Assembly: GCA_965637545.1 (NCBI GenBank)
Contig: OZ281494.1
Span: 15,562,001 to 15,626,000 of the forward strand
Source: Phallusia mammillata
Taxonomy: Eukaryota
Length of the DNA stretch: 64,000 nt
Direction: 5' to 3'
Shown: positions 38,601 through 52,613 of the stretch, in pieces
Position numbering within the stretch: position 1 is the first letter of the stretch
How the letters are laid out: the number at the start of each line of letters is the position of its first letter
Program-made: the position numbers and the translations under genes
Notes under the pieces: generated by a model
What the model was told of the DNA's origin: nothing
Database searches by the model: none
What the model saw: the letters and a program-made list of their open reading frames with translations, nothing else

Positions 38601-41600
38601 CAATCGACGAATCACCACAGGGAGTTCGTTAAGCCGAACCCGCGTGGGAAACACATTGACGAATCTTCAAGATGGAGTGATGAACGTCCTTTGTGCTGCA
38701 GCGTGTACCTCATGCCTCCCGCGAGGTGTAACTAGATTTTAATTGGCGAGATAAGATGCTGCGATTTGCGCGAAACATCAACGAGCCCATTGATTGCGCG
38801 GTGTATCGCCCAGCAGAACATGGTTAAAAGCGATTTATTTCAAGTTACAAGAGCCGTACTCGCGTGAGCACAGGCGGAAACGGCAACAAACGAGATCGGG
38901 CGTACGACGGACGTTGTTCGAAAGCCCACAACACTATGGCCCCGGGGCGATGCGGAGATCAAAACATAGCTCGATCTAACAGTTCGACGATAAGTGACCT
39001 ATCTGAGCTTTGCCATAACACAGCGCCACCCGAAAGTGATATGACGTAACGCAAATTGATCACGCGATTTCGAAATAAAATTGGGAAAAGCTTTATCAGC
39101 TAAACTCACATTGAAACGTACCAGTTTGCATATTTTACCTTTTTGATATTCAAAAACGCACGGGCCTAGGTAATACTTCAAAACATTGGCAATAACATCT
39201 CTACCGGGATTTCTTAGTTTTGCAGAGTCCTTAGATTGTAAACGTAAGGACCTTACACAATTTTGGAGCGCCATTAGAAAATTGCCACATATTGGACACG
39301 TTACTGTCCGCCCTCGTAATGTGATACGCCCAACAGGTGATGTACCACGAATGTGGAATGCAATGAACGGTACGGTAAAATCACCCCACCATATACGGAA
39401 AGAGAATTGTCTCTTAAAGTTACGAAATTTTATTTACACCACAAAACCGAGTTTTACCCCAAAAGTGACGTAATTTGCCACAATTTGACCCAGACCTTAC
39501 TGATGGCACATATATAGACACACCAGGTAAGTGCAAGAGTTAGGCTCGTAATAACTGGGATAAACCGACTTCTTCGCCGGATTTATAACTGCGTCACTTG
39601 CATATCGAATGTCATCAGCGGTTCTATAAATAGAAAATGTTACGTGCCGCCTTGTTTCAACCATCGGGCAATCCTTTCCCCTCTTTTCTAAAATCATGTT
39701 GTTGTTTTACGGTGAATGTGGTAACTTTCTGGGCTACAACGCTTGGTACCTTAGAAGTATTGGATTTGTCATCTGAATTTAAAATATTTGTAGTTTTACG
39801 GTTATTTGTTGTTTTAATTTTTTTTATGTTCGTATATACTTCGCATGCCAACGAAAAACTCCATAGTTGAATAGACAGAAAGTCACAAAACTCCGACCTT
39901 GATATGCTGTTGGAGGTTAAGCAATTGCTTTTCATTGATTAGCACTTAAGCCTACGCCAACCAATCGAAAAAATAATCTTTTGCTCCGAACAGCACCGGA
40001 TTTGAAATTATAAGTCATAGGCCAGCCGCGAGCTAGGGCTACCAACTTGGCAAACAGATAATTGCCAAAATTGGTTACAATTAACTGCTCTTCTGACGTC
40101 ATGGAGTCTGGAGCTGGTACTGACGGTTAAACTTTGCCATTACTACTTTCGTGGGGGTTGAGTGGTTGTTGTGGTTAGCAACGATGAAACATATTATTGC
40201 TAGTTTGAGGGCGTCAAACAGCAACTAATAGCTTGAATCTATCATGTATTGTAATTATGACTTTCATGTTGACTCGCTTCCTTGTGGAGGAAGTTAAACT
40301 TAATGATCTGTAACTTGGATCAATCTTGATATAAGGTGCTGGTGGGTGGAAGTTTCTGAATGAAACCGCTAAATCTGGAATAGCGCATGTGTAGGCACAG
40401 TTGGTAACATACAACGTGATGTAGGTGTACGATAACATTAAAATTTACATTTAAAATACCCCAGACTACATACATGTGTATTTTGTTCTATTTTAATACT
40501 CCATACAACAGAAACGTGCTGCTAAACAATAAAAAGTACAAGTCAATACTCACACTTATAAACATCTTCTCGAAATCGTTACGCAAGATCATTTGACTTG
40601 CCTCTTGGCATGACCCTCAACCTTATCTCGAACAACGAGGTCGCAATCATATAGAAGGGTGACGTTATAGTGCCGCAGTGACAACATTGAGTGGCAAACA
40701 ATAAACAGTGATTCGACTATCTCTCAAGCTGCCAATCAAAATGAATTTGTCTTGTTTGGATAGCGTTCCATTATATACTATAAACTTAATCATTGCGAAA
40801 AAGACATTTTCTTTGAAGTCGCCTGGGTTACTGTTGAACCTGGGTTGTGTCACAAAATGTGATATGACACGTCAAAGAGTTGGCCAAGGAAAACAGACTG
40901 ATGCTAACAATTGGACCAAAAACTTTTTGTGTTGTGGCAGTTTTCTAAGATTTCATGCCAAATCCAATGAACATGCATTCAAGGAATACGTTTTCAAATT
41001 GCTATTGCCAAGAATGACGTTGCAGTCAGTTACAATAATACCAAGGGTTGTGTACAGAAAAGGCACATTGAAAAATCATTGAAACCTACGACTCAGTGCA
41101 TCCATAACTTCGTTGTTGGTAGGTTTATTTTGATTTTGTATGTGGTTTGAAGACAAATTTGGTTGTTCACCACGAGCGCACAACAGCCTATTTTAAGAAC
41201 ACCAGTCTATTTTTCTTTTCACATTAAAAATGCATTGTATAGCCATTTTAGGAACATCGGTCGAAATAAATCTTTGACAATTGCATAAAATGCTAATCCA
41301 TTATAACAACAAAAATCAAAAACTAACGTTAAACACAAAAAATCAGGGTATAAATGTTTATGGCATGAGCATGATAAAATAAGGGCAGCTTGGCCTACAG
41401 TTTTTGTTACCACTCGCAAGTGGTGCCCTTTTCTATCAAACACCAACTACACCCTAAAATCAGAACCCGGTCTTTTAGCTGCATACAGAGAAAAGAATAA
41501 CATCGCATCAGTTGGGGTTAATTTTTTCATGTACGGTCCGCTCAAAGCGGTCAAGCGCGCAAGCAAAACAGGCGTTTCCATTCTTCTTCATGTCACAATA

Positions 41601-41887
41601 AAACAAGTCCGGATATCCAGTCACGGATCAAAGACACGAAGGTGGCCATGAAAGAAAGTGGCATTGTGTGACGGACACCTGCGGTTAACAATGGTCAATG
41701 GACTGTGCTTTGATGGCAGTCATGCGGCAACACAAATATGTCATTTAGTTTGACGTGGAGCCAGTAGTCTGTGATGTGATCTCTTATTTAACATGTTGTA
41801 ATAACCTTTATGATTTGTAATTCTGTTTCTGTTGAACAAAATTAATTTTACCGTGTGTTCAATGTATGTTATGAACACCCTCTATTA

Positions 41888-42076
41888 CAGGGGTTCTTAA
41901 CCATGGGTGCACGTACCCCGAAGGAGTGCGAGAACTGTTCCTACGGGTGTGCGGGGATGCTGAATCCATAAGGTTGGTTAGGCCTATTCTATATAAATAC
42001 AAAAACCCAGGGGGGTGCGAAAATTGGTCGTTGATTTGAAAGGGTTGCAACAAGGAAAAAAGGTTAAGAATCACTG
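41888..42076. mobile_element. hAT-family MITE, 189 bp
   Basis: TIRs CAGGGGTTCTTAACC / GGTTAAGAATCACTG (13/15). TSD CTCTATTA / CTCTATAA (7/8). Confidence 0.85.
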
Positions 42077-45000
42077 CTCTATAATAACACGAAAAGTTGG
42101 AGTAAAGACAGTGTCTTGTTTGTTTTACATCGTCATTGCAAACAGTCAAAAGCTGTGTGATTTTGCTAAAGTTTTTCTTACGAAAAAAAGCCGTTCCTAT
42201 TACAAGATATTGTCTTATCTTGGACCCATTTAAATATATTTACCAACTTGTCCTAAATATTCTAAAATCACCAAAAAAAGGTCACGAAACATTAGCAGAC
42301 CAACAAGATATAAGTTATGTAACAAGTATAAGACATCAAAGGTATCATAAACACCCGTGCAACATTGGCAGTTGGAAAATTGGCTGAGATCTAAGGGTAC
42401 TGTGCATCATCATAGTGGATAACCACCACCTGGGTATTCTAAACAAACAAAGGCAGCACAATTTTCCCCAATTGAGGGCGCTTGAAATAAAAAGCATTTC
42501 GTCAATAGTTCGGTGAATTACACCCTTGATCTTCACACCTGAATAACCATTAGGTAACGCCTCAATAAGCAGACGTTGAAACCAAGTTTACGCGGATGGA
42601 AAATCACGGGCTGTTTTGGAGCATGAACGGCTGTAAAGTTTGCTTAAGCCAAGTACACTCAAGCGACTGCTGTTTATTTACTCCTGTAATAAATTACTGC
42701 CGATCGCTGTTTAAAGCTATAGGGTCTCTCAGGCACTCTGCCTTCTCATTGTTTTCTTTGTACGATGCTCGATCTCGGTTGTGTACATTGTTGTAGAAAT
42801 GGTAACAGAGGGTCAATGGACTATTTCCACCCGGCTTTTCGTTTTCACGTTGTTTTGTCATAGCCGATTTTGGATGAAACAATAGGTTTGTAATAACACG
42901 AAATTCGAACTGTTTGCACGTTTTTGATGCATTACCCTATTGTCCCGATAGTTTTTGTGCGTTGTTCAAGTTAAAATAAAAACGAGGACGTGGGTGCCTG
43001 AGAAAGTTCACGTTGTCAAGGCGAAACAAACGTACGCTTCCGTTGTCAAGCAACGTGCTCAAGCTAACAGTGTTTTTTTAAGGTGTCAAATTTCTCCAGC
43101 GGTTTCCCAAAATTATTTTTCCCAAGAAACAAAACATTTTTTGGCATTTAAATGAAACACTTGCGGTCTCTTAAAACTACTTAGCGGTCACCCAAACCAA
43201 ACCTTAAAAAAAACCTGAAGCTAACCATGGCAATTTTCAAATCATTTGAATGTAAACACTGAAAATAAAATGGAAACACACAAGGCCGGACCAATGATTG
43301 CACGACGTTCCCACACACTTAAAACGGCCTATGATTTACTTCTGATAATAACCATGTTGTTAAGCTGTAATTGCTTGGTCAAGAAAAAGGCTGAAATCAT
43401 ACGTGATAGCGTCCGTCACTTCCTGCTTAATGATTCAAGCAAAGTTCGTAGTAGTGTCTCAAATGTTATAGAATATGGTAGTAAACTTTTTCTGAAGTCC
43501 ACCGCTCGAGGCAGATTTGATCTCATTTGAGCGCCAAAATTGTCCATCAAACACCCTATGATTTGCCTGATTGCCACGAAACAACTTTAGCATTGAGATT
43601 ATGTTCCATAGCAGTTTTGGTAGTAGGGGCAACCCTGCTATCAACCAAGGTGGACCCGGTCACGACTTATGGCTTTAATCATTCGCTAAACGCAGGAAAA
43701 ACAACTGGCACGTTCGAGCTGGACGAGTGTTGGTCCCAATCGAACACAACACGACTGGCAACACTCTCACGCCGCAAACGATCACAGTACATCAATTTAG
43801 TGACCTCAACGGCTTATTACCTGTCTGTCTAACCGCCTTGTGAAAGTGTGAACTGGAATCATTGACGCCCTGAAAGTGACAGGGTTGGAGTGTGTGTTTT
43901 GGTGAGGTTAATTGGCAGCTTGATGACATTGAATGATGCCTGGCCTTTGCATGGCGTGCTATGTAGAACTAACCCTTCCGTAGTCACTTGTGTGTACGTC
44001 CGGTGAATAGTTGTGCAGCCACGGATGTTGGTGTGACCAAAGAGCGCTTCTGGTACCATAAGGATGCGGTAAGAAGGCGGGGGGCGTGTTTATCGAGCAG
44101 CCCTTGTGCTATAGGTTGTCTGGAGGTCGTTTAAGGACAGCGTGTGTCAAAATAACGCGGGCTAGTTAGTGCTCGTTATATCCTGATGTGAGTTTTTGCC
44201 TAAAAACAAAACTGCCAATCATGTGAAAAAAAACGTAGTCATTGTTTTTACTTTTTGTTTCAGTTAAGTTGTTCTTAATGTCGGTGTTTTGTGTGCCTAA
44301 ATATGTTATGTTTTTCATGATGATAAATTAAAATTTATTACGCCACCCACTCCACAACGTTTAAGTTGTTATTTCAACATGAAAAGCCAAAAACTGTTTG
44401 AATTATTTTTTCACTCCCAAACCATTTATTGTTGTTGTTTCGCACAAAGTCATAAACGTAATGGAAGGTTTCCATTTTAGGACGGGCGAGTGCTATCCTA
44501 GGAGCATTGTGTCATATCAAAGGGACCGATTGGGTCGTGGCACGTGCAATTAGGGCGGAGTCGGTCCGAGCACACTCGAATGAGATCACACATGTGAAAA
44601 ACTTGGGCGTTCAATTAGGACCTCTTCAACGAAAGGCCGACTTCTCTCATGGTAATTAAAGTTGCCTTTTCGCCAACCGAGGCTCACAAACAGCGATTAC
44701 TGATTTAGCACACCCGGGTTTTGCCCGAAAAACCAGCACAGGTGAGCTTAAGCGCTAGATTATGCTGACGGATGGTTGTTTGTTCTGATGTAGTTCAAAT
44801 TTTATGGCCCATTTTTAGCGTCATAAAAAGCCGAACGACATGGAAACGTAAACAGATTTACAACGTATCATTATCAGCCGAGTATCATATACGCTGAAAG
44901 CCGTGCGTTTCTCCATACGGTAAAACACTGCAGTTCAGCTGAGTGTCACTTTAATTTCAATACAACCAATGTGGACAAAGCTAAATTGTGACGTCGGTGT

Positions 45001-48000
45001 GCTAGTGTCTTGTTTATGGATTTTCACTTTCGATTGTTGTGCCCAGATTTCAACGAGAAACAAATTTCTATTTTGAAATGTGTTCTAAACACCTTTCAAA
45101 TTAGCCCCATATGTTTTTAGGTATGGTGGCTGTTACAAGGCGACGTGCTTGGTTATTATTCTGAAAGAGACATATTGTTTGTTATTCTGCTGCTGTAGGA
45201 CGAGTAAAGCTAATTTTAAACGCTAGATCTTTAATCCGCTGTGCAAAATTGTTTTCAATCGTCAGAGGTTAAACGGGTACCGATGAACGCAGTGCGCATG
45301 CGCGAACCGGATTGACTTCGCCTCCATGTGTGGCATGAGTTAAGTAACAGCGTTATCATGCAAAAGCCCAGAAAAATCGTTTCAACTCATAAAACTTTTT
45401 TACCGGTTTTTGTGGCGTGATGTCGACAGCAAAAACGATGTAACACGGCGTGAATATTTCTAAGAGCAAAATGTGTTCTTTGTTCAATTAAACATTTCAT
45501 TGTAACAATTTTTGCATGCGTAAAACTGCGTTGTAAACAAGTGTGAATAATTTATTTGCTGTTTCTCTCATAACGCAATTTCAGCAGCTCATCTGCTCTT
45601 AGGGGATGGTAAATAGAGAAGGACGAACCCAAATGAACCATACAAGACAGTTCGACACGGGCATCTGCTACGTCACCCATTGCCGTAAACACAAACTTAT
45701 TTGAGTTTAGCACATACTTTAAGTTAGTACAACAAGGATGTACCTCAAAGAATGTATTATTTCCTTGTAATATACTGCATCTTACACGCAATAGGAACCG
45801 GAATCAAGTGGTGCATATCAATTTGCAGTCTTCCGCGATTCTGAACGCCGTTGACCTTTGTAACGTCAATGAAAAAAATGAAACATTTTAGGCCGGTAAT
45901 CTTAAATCTCAGGAAACATTTTTTCCGTCGAGTTGGCCGACTCGGTGGGTGTCCCTTGTCCAATCTATAAAGTGGTCCAGCCCGCCACAGAAAAACCGTT
46001 CCTCACGTGGAGGTAGCGTCTATTTTAAGCGACATCGCCCACCACATATACGATTTCTATGGCCATCGCCGTGTGCCTTTGTCGGCGGGTATAGAATTTC
46101 TATGGTGGCTATTGTTCATCATTTCGGTATGCTAGACTTGTGGTGAAATTGGTAATTATGTCGGCTGGCACGCGAGCAAAGCAGTGTATCGCTTTTGTTT
46201 AAGCTTCCAAGAAAGTTATGGCAACAGCTACAACGATTGTTGCGCAGCAGATACTGTGTTGATGTCGTGTGTCGTTCACCCCATCATAGATCGATGCAAC
46301 CTTATGTCATCCGTTGGTTGTGATGTTTACTGTCACCAGGCAACGTAGGTTACGACTGATCATGTCGTTGTGACTTAGTTTCATTCCGAGCAGATAACAA
46401 CAAATTTACATGATGTAAACATTCACATTGACGCATCTGCAAACGTTGGATATTAAATAAATCAAAAGACTGACGCATTTCGAAATGATGCTGCGCGTAA
46501 TAAGGTCATCCATTTGTTTTTCAAATGTTTTATACGTCTGCTAAAATGTGCCGGGTTTGAAAATGCACTGTTATTTTTCCATTGTCAAATACCATTAAAC
46601 TCTTACGGTAAAATCAAATCTGAAATTTTGCAAATTTACACCTGTACTCAAAATGTATGCAGTAAACGCAAATTTAACATATACACGCCAATTTTGTCAT
46701 ATTGCCAAGAAGCAGTTAGAACACACCATTAAGCAAGAAGAAACTTCCAACAACAGGCTTTGCACCACCCCCTTAGCCCTGCCCACTTTTTTGCTGTCGT
46801 GGAAAACAACAACAATGATGCCAACATAAAACGCGACCTTCCGTCACCAAGCACGCGTGAATAATTGATCCCTATGACGTCACTACGTGCTCTCCCAGGC
46901 AGCAATGGCAATGGCGGGGTCTGTTACCCAAACAAAGGATGCACAAAGGTAGGGGGCGCGCACCCTAAGGTTGGTCATTCTTCGATGTGTTTATGGCTGA
47001 CCCCCCCAAAACTGTGATGTGTTTTGCAGTAAACAAACTCTTCACAAAATATTCCTTACAAAGTCTGACACATTGGCATGACGACGGACGGGTATTTTAA
47101 ATGGTTTTGTATTTTCGCATGAACACTACAACATCCATTAGTGGCATAGATTCCAACACAAAGGTGTTTTAAACAGAACTGTGCATATCTTTATCTTTAG
47201 GCAAACATTTCGTAGTTATTTGTTACCAAAATAGGGCATATTTTACAGAAGTCGTTAATCTGTGTTTCTGACCTAAAACACTTATCCATTTTTATTATTT
47301 TCGATCAAAAACATTTTAAAAGATTGGATTTTCGGACAATATAGTTGTCTCTTCAGTTTTTCAGGAAAACGTAAAACACTCAGTCATTGAAAGACTTAAT
47401 TACTTTAAAAATTTACAACGATATCTTCAAAAAGTAATATTTAATCATAAACCTTCTTTAAATTTATGCAGTACTTAGATTTTTGATCCATGAACTCGCA
47501 TTTTAGCCTTTTTTTCGTTTTCGCCTTACGAAGAAAAAACGCAATAAAAGGTGGCGCCCGGAACCCCGCTGCATCGGAAGAAATCAATTAAATGGCAGAC
47601 AAGCGAATGTTTATATCGTCGACCTGGGGCTCGAGAGCTTTCCAGCTCTTATATCAGGAGATATGCATCCATGACGTCACGTAGCGGGGCGACGAATAAG
47701 CGACGCACGTCAGTGGCCACTCGAACAAATGAATTGGAAAGTTTATGTGCAAACAAAGACCAGTGGCGCGAAAATGCTCTATGGAGTTTTTTTACGAGAA
47801 CACCTCGAGTGGTGGCAAACAATTACAGAAGATCCCTTTTATGCTTATTTGCCAAGAAAGAACCGTGTATTATGCAGTGGATGTTCATTCGTTACACACC
47901 TTAAAATATGTAAATGACTTCTAAAGATTATTCATTTACCTCAATTCCGTGCTCTGTCTTTTGTGGAAAGGTTTTGGAATTTTTCTAGAACGTTTTTGCG

Positions 48001-51000
48001 GTACGTTCTCATTTTTTATTGTATGTTGCGTGTTATTTAGTATAACGAACAGTGACGCCCGTTGTTGTTGTAAATGGTCCCGTGACTTGAAACGAAAACT
48101 ATACAAACTTGCATGACAAATCCAAAAACAAGCGTTGCCGTAGCAACTAGAACAATGAAACTAATTACAGTCGCAAATAATTTAGGCGCCATTCATCCAC
48201 AATTACCGAAACTAGATTGACGTCATGCGGAAGGACATTGTGTGTTTTTGTTTCCACTCAGCACACAACACAGTAAAGACTCTGGAAAGAGGAACGGAAA
48301 AACAACATTCCATTAACCATTTTGCCATCGGATGATAAGAGGCCTCCTTACAATGAAGGATTACCTTACCGTTCAGGGTCGCTACCGTTGAGCAGGCAGG
48401 GCTAATTGAGGCACCCGTGCGTCCCGTAAGGCGAGAACAGGAAAACAGGCACCGGGGTCGGATATTTACTTCACAGGCCGTTTCCAGTCAGCTACCGTGT
48501 ATGGAGGCACATCGGGATTTTGTTGCTTCCGAGGCTATTTTGGATTGAGCTCGTGGATAAGAAAGTTGTTGGATTATGGATGTGAGGGTTGTTGAACACA
48601 CCGGGTACGTTCTGGGTCCTATGAACTGGCAACTGTTGTGATGAAACAGTTCAAAGGGGAAAGTGGGCGGGAGATGTGCGTGAATGGGCGGGGCGATCGC
48701 CATTATGGTTCATCTTAATGTGTTTTCTATACATTTTCAATGACCTTTGCAAATGACATGGAAGAACACCTGTTAAAGATTTTAGGTCTATTCAAAATCA
48801 GCTCATCTGGCATGCATGAATGTGGTTAAAAAATACCGTGTTGCATGCTTATCGAAGTTTATTCACAGCGAATATCCGTTGTAAAAAAACATGCGATTGC
48901 GCAATCCCTGAAAACAATTTTCAGCCCACCTAGTCCACATCTGGCCCTAATTTCTTAGTAGCACTATATACAGTATTTTGGGACAAAACACTTCAGAAAT
49001 GCACGCGCATCTCAAAATTAAATCTCAAATTCAACGATCTTCACCTGCTGCACTGCCCTGAACCGAATTTCAAGCTTGCAAAATTTCAAGCTGAGTGCTT
49101 GGTGCGACTCTTGGAGCGGATGTGATCGGAGTCATGTTACACAGGGCATTGCATTTTTGTGCCAGACATCTAACCCTCGCGGCAAAATACCACTTGTCAC
49201 CCAGTCGCGTTTCTCAATGTGTCAAGCTGTCATTGTGACACTGTGGGGTTTAAGGGCCTGCGTACCCAAAATAAACCGTCGTGCTTGTGCTTTTCTAGTT
49301 CGGAATGCGAGAAACTTAAACCGACACTTGAGCAATACGGCCGTATACCTACGTGTGCACACAGGAAGCCAACTGATAAAACCTTAGTGGAAATTAATTA
49401 AACTTAGATGGGTTTTGGAAATAATGTACGCACTTCACAAAGCTTCGTCTTTAAAAAAAACGTTTGAATGATAGGACCGTATAGAGACCTAAATGTTATA
49501 AAAACACATCATTCGATTTTTTTAACAACCATTTTGCCTTCAAAAACGTCTTTACCATGGGTGGTTAAATAGACTGTGTGAAAGACAAAGATAGACAGAA
49601 TTGGACAAACGATTTTGCAAGGAGAATCGCCCTGTTTTGTGAATCATTGCCTTTTTTTACCGGTTATTCATGGTCCCACCAAAAAAACTAAACGTGACCG
49701 GAAAATTTTTTGTCCCGAAAAAAACCTTTCTTTGTTGAGCAGGCGACCACCCTGAAAATCTGTGAGATCCATTCAAATTTGCAACAAGCCCATGTTTTCC
49801 TTGAAGAGAAAAGAATGTGGAAATCAACAAGTTTGAGATGGCCTGGTCTCAACATCCGTCTAGCATTGTTCCAAAGCAGTATTGTGTGTCCCGAACACTA
49901 ACTGTTTTCTTTCAAGAGCAAGGGCCCATGTCTTCTGTAGCCGGGTTGGGGCTATTCATTTGCAAAAGCCGTTAAATTTAGCTGAACCCATGGCAAAAGG
50001 GAGCTAAGGGAATGAATGAAGCGATGTCAACATTTAAAGAAAGAAATCGATGAAAAGACGGGAGCTGTGGGATTGCGAGGGTAATATGTGAACATCAAAG
50101 AATCTGGGTTTGCGTATCGATGTACCAAGTAATTAATTTGGTCGGGGACACATTGTTCTCTTTGTAAGAGCTTTTGATTTGCGTTGTGCATTATTGTAAC
50201 GTCGTCATGGTGATGTTTAATTACATTTGCTGGAAACTTGTTAATCAGTTTTGTAATGAATGCCGTGTAAATGAATGAATTAGTTAAGCGAATAGTTGCG
50301 ACTGTTGGGGGACGGTTTCCGCAGTTCCATAGACGTAACTATGTAAGGTGGTTTGCTAACAAAGTTTTGTTTATAACAATGTTCTGTAGAGTCAAACAAG
50401 AAAAGAAAAACACGTATTTATGAAGTACGGCTCACAGTGAAATCTAGCTTTTTGGCCCAAAAGTTGAAAAAATACAAATGGTTTCACATTATTTTATGCA
50501 ATGAAATATCAAATAAAGTAGTAGCCATATTTGTTGGTATGTTCTTTCATGATTTGTTTCCTGACATAACTACTTCAATGTGATTTTCAATGAAATTTAA
50601 TTAAATTTAAATTACAAATAGCATAACCTCCTTAAATCATAAAGTCACGATTTAAGGAAGAATAGTTCCTCTGTGATGATTTTACTTTCTGTTGCTGATA
50701 ATAATCTGGTAATACCTGTATGATGCAAAAGACAACAACGAGCAACATGACCGCCATTGAATAGACTAAAGATAGATAAGAAGACGGTGCCAGTAATCGC
50801 ATTGTGGGAGGCCGGCGGAAGACGCACCCCGGAGAGCCATTCATCTCGAAAATTCTTCCTGCGCGAGACAACAAACGCGTGCAGAGAGGCATAAAATTTC
50901 CGTTGGGGTAAAATCATTAGTGGAGTACTTTATCAATTTTGCTTTGAGGTTTGGTGTGTTTTCTGGGGCAAAATAGCTGGATGTGGGAGTACTTTCCCCG

Positions 51001-52550
51001 TGCGGTGATCGTGAATACGGGGTGCGCCCGTTTTGGTTTCCAGCGATGCTTTAGTAAAGTATTGAAGCGCGGTGATATCAATTCGCGTCGAAAATTGACT
51101 GTCTGAAATTGGTCATCAGTCATCACGAAGCACGTTTGTAATATGCGCCACAAAACAAATAGATTGTCAGGCATATAAAACAAAAAAGTGAATGAAATGG
51201 GTTAAAGATGTTCGTTTGTGGGTTTTGACCCTCGAACGTTTTTAATTACTTGCTGTATGTATTTGGAATGGACAATTGTACGTGGATCAGATGCCATGGT
51301 TGGAAGTAATTGGCGACATGCATATGTGTTGACCAGAGCTTGGTTTCAATTTTTCAGAATAAACGATTCAATGGCGACATGTAGCGGTCAAGGCAAAATA
51401 AACCAAAGACAAATTTATGGATGTTCACAATCTTTATCCTGATACTCAGGTGTAGACAAACGGTTATACAAGATTTAAACCAAAATGTCAGATTTGTGTA
51501 TAAATTTTCGTAAAAGTTATGTATATTGACACTCTTTCTTTTATTATTTTGATTATATTTTGAGCTGAGTGATAAGTAGTTGAGTGATAATATGTCACTA
51601 GCTTTATAACTTACATCAGTCCGCTTTGTAAATCACATGATACTAAACGATACTTGTCGCATTAAACGTACTGACAATTTATTGGTGTGATTATCGATAC
51701 TAAAGATGGCTTTCACAAGTGTCTTAAAAATCTATTCGTATTTCATATTTGGTCATCGTCACTGCACTACCATTAAAACTGTAAGAAATAAGAAAAACAA
51801 GAAAAGTTGTATGATTCACCAGTGGCAAAGTACGTTTCACAAAAGCCCACTCCTAGTTGAATAACGGAAAGGTCTGGACAACTTCAAGGCAATTTGGGGA
51901 AGCGAGACGTGTGCGCAGAGACACGAAACAAAATTATCGCCAAAAACTCCGAAGGCGCGTGTTCATTATTAAATTTCCGTGCCGTGTTTCGGGAATTGAG
52001 TCACAGTGGAAGGTTTTGATCAATAAATAGGGCTTTGGCTTCACTAGTGCGCTGGGCACGTACCCAAAATCCCCAGACGGACCAAAGCATAAATTCCAAT
52101 ATTTAATGCTTTTAGTCTTTTTAAAACAACAACATCGGGTTGACGTAATCAATACATGACGTTAAACTGTGATGTAGGGCAGATCTGATCAAAAGTAAAG
52201 CGTTAGCAAAGCTGGTGAGAATGAAGTCAGCTACTAGTCCGTGACATGATTTGCACATAAACTGGTAAACACGCCTGTACGAGCTATTGGCAATAGAATA
52301 ATAGAAGTGCTTGATGCTTGTCAAATCCTGACCTAATAAATATACAAAAGAACTAAACATCAGGATGTATGCTAGGTAGAATTTACACCACTCTGTTACA
52401 CCACAAGTGTCTGTTCGGTTTCGAGCGATTACTGAAACTGAAACACACGGACAGAAAAGCGTAATCGGCTGTAATGTTTAGGGAGAAGCGAAACTACGCA
52501 TTAAAAAACACTACTGTTCAAGCAAATGGTCTTACTGTCAGTGTTTTAAA

Positions 52551-52613
52551 GACAAGACCCCCTCCCACCTAAAAGGAGGGATTTGACAAGACCCCTCCCA
52601 CCTAAAGGAGGGA
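52551..52613. repeat. Tandem duplication of an approximately 30-bp unit, each copy with a CCCTCC-loop-GGAGGG hairpin
   Basis: gacaagaccccctcccacctaaaaggaggga ttt gacaagacccctcccacctaaaggaggga read directly. Confidence 0.8.

Noticed and set aside
39494-39526. 33-nt micro-exon candidate reading LTDGTYIDTPG (GTPase G3-like) before a CAG|GTAAGT donor
   Set aside because: Weak acceptor, and no P-loop or G4 exon found nearby.
43527-43832. 101-aa ORF with a hydrophobic stretch and RRKR (prepropeptide-like)
   Set aside because: TTG start, no in-frame ATG, no supporting splice structure.
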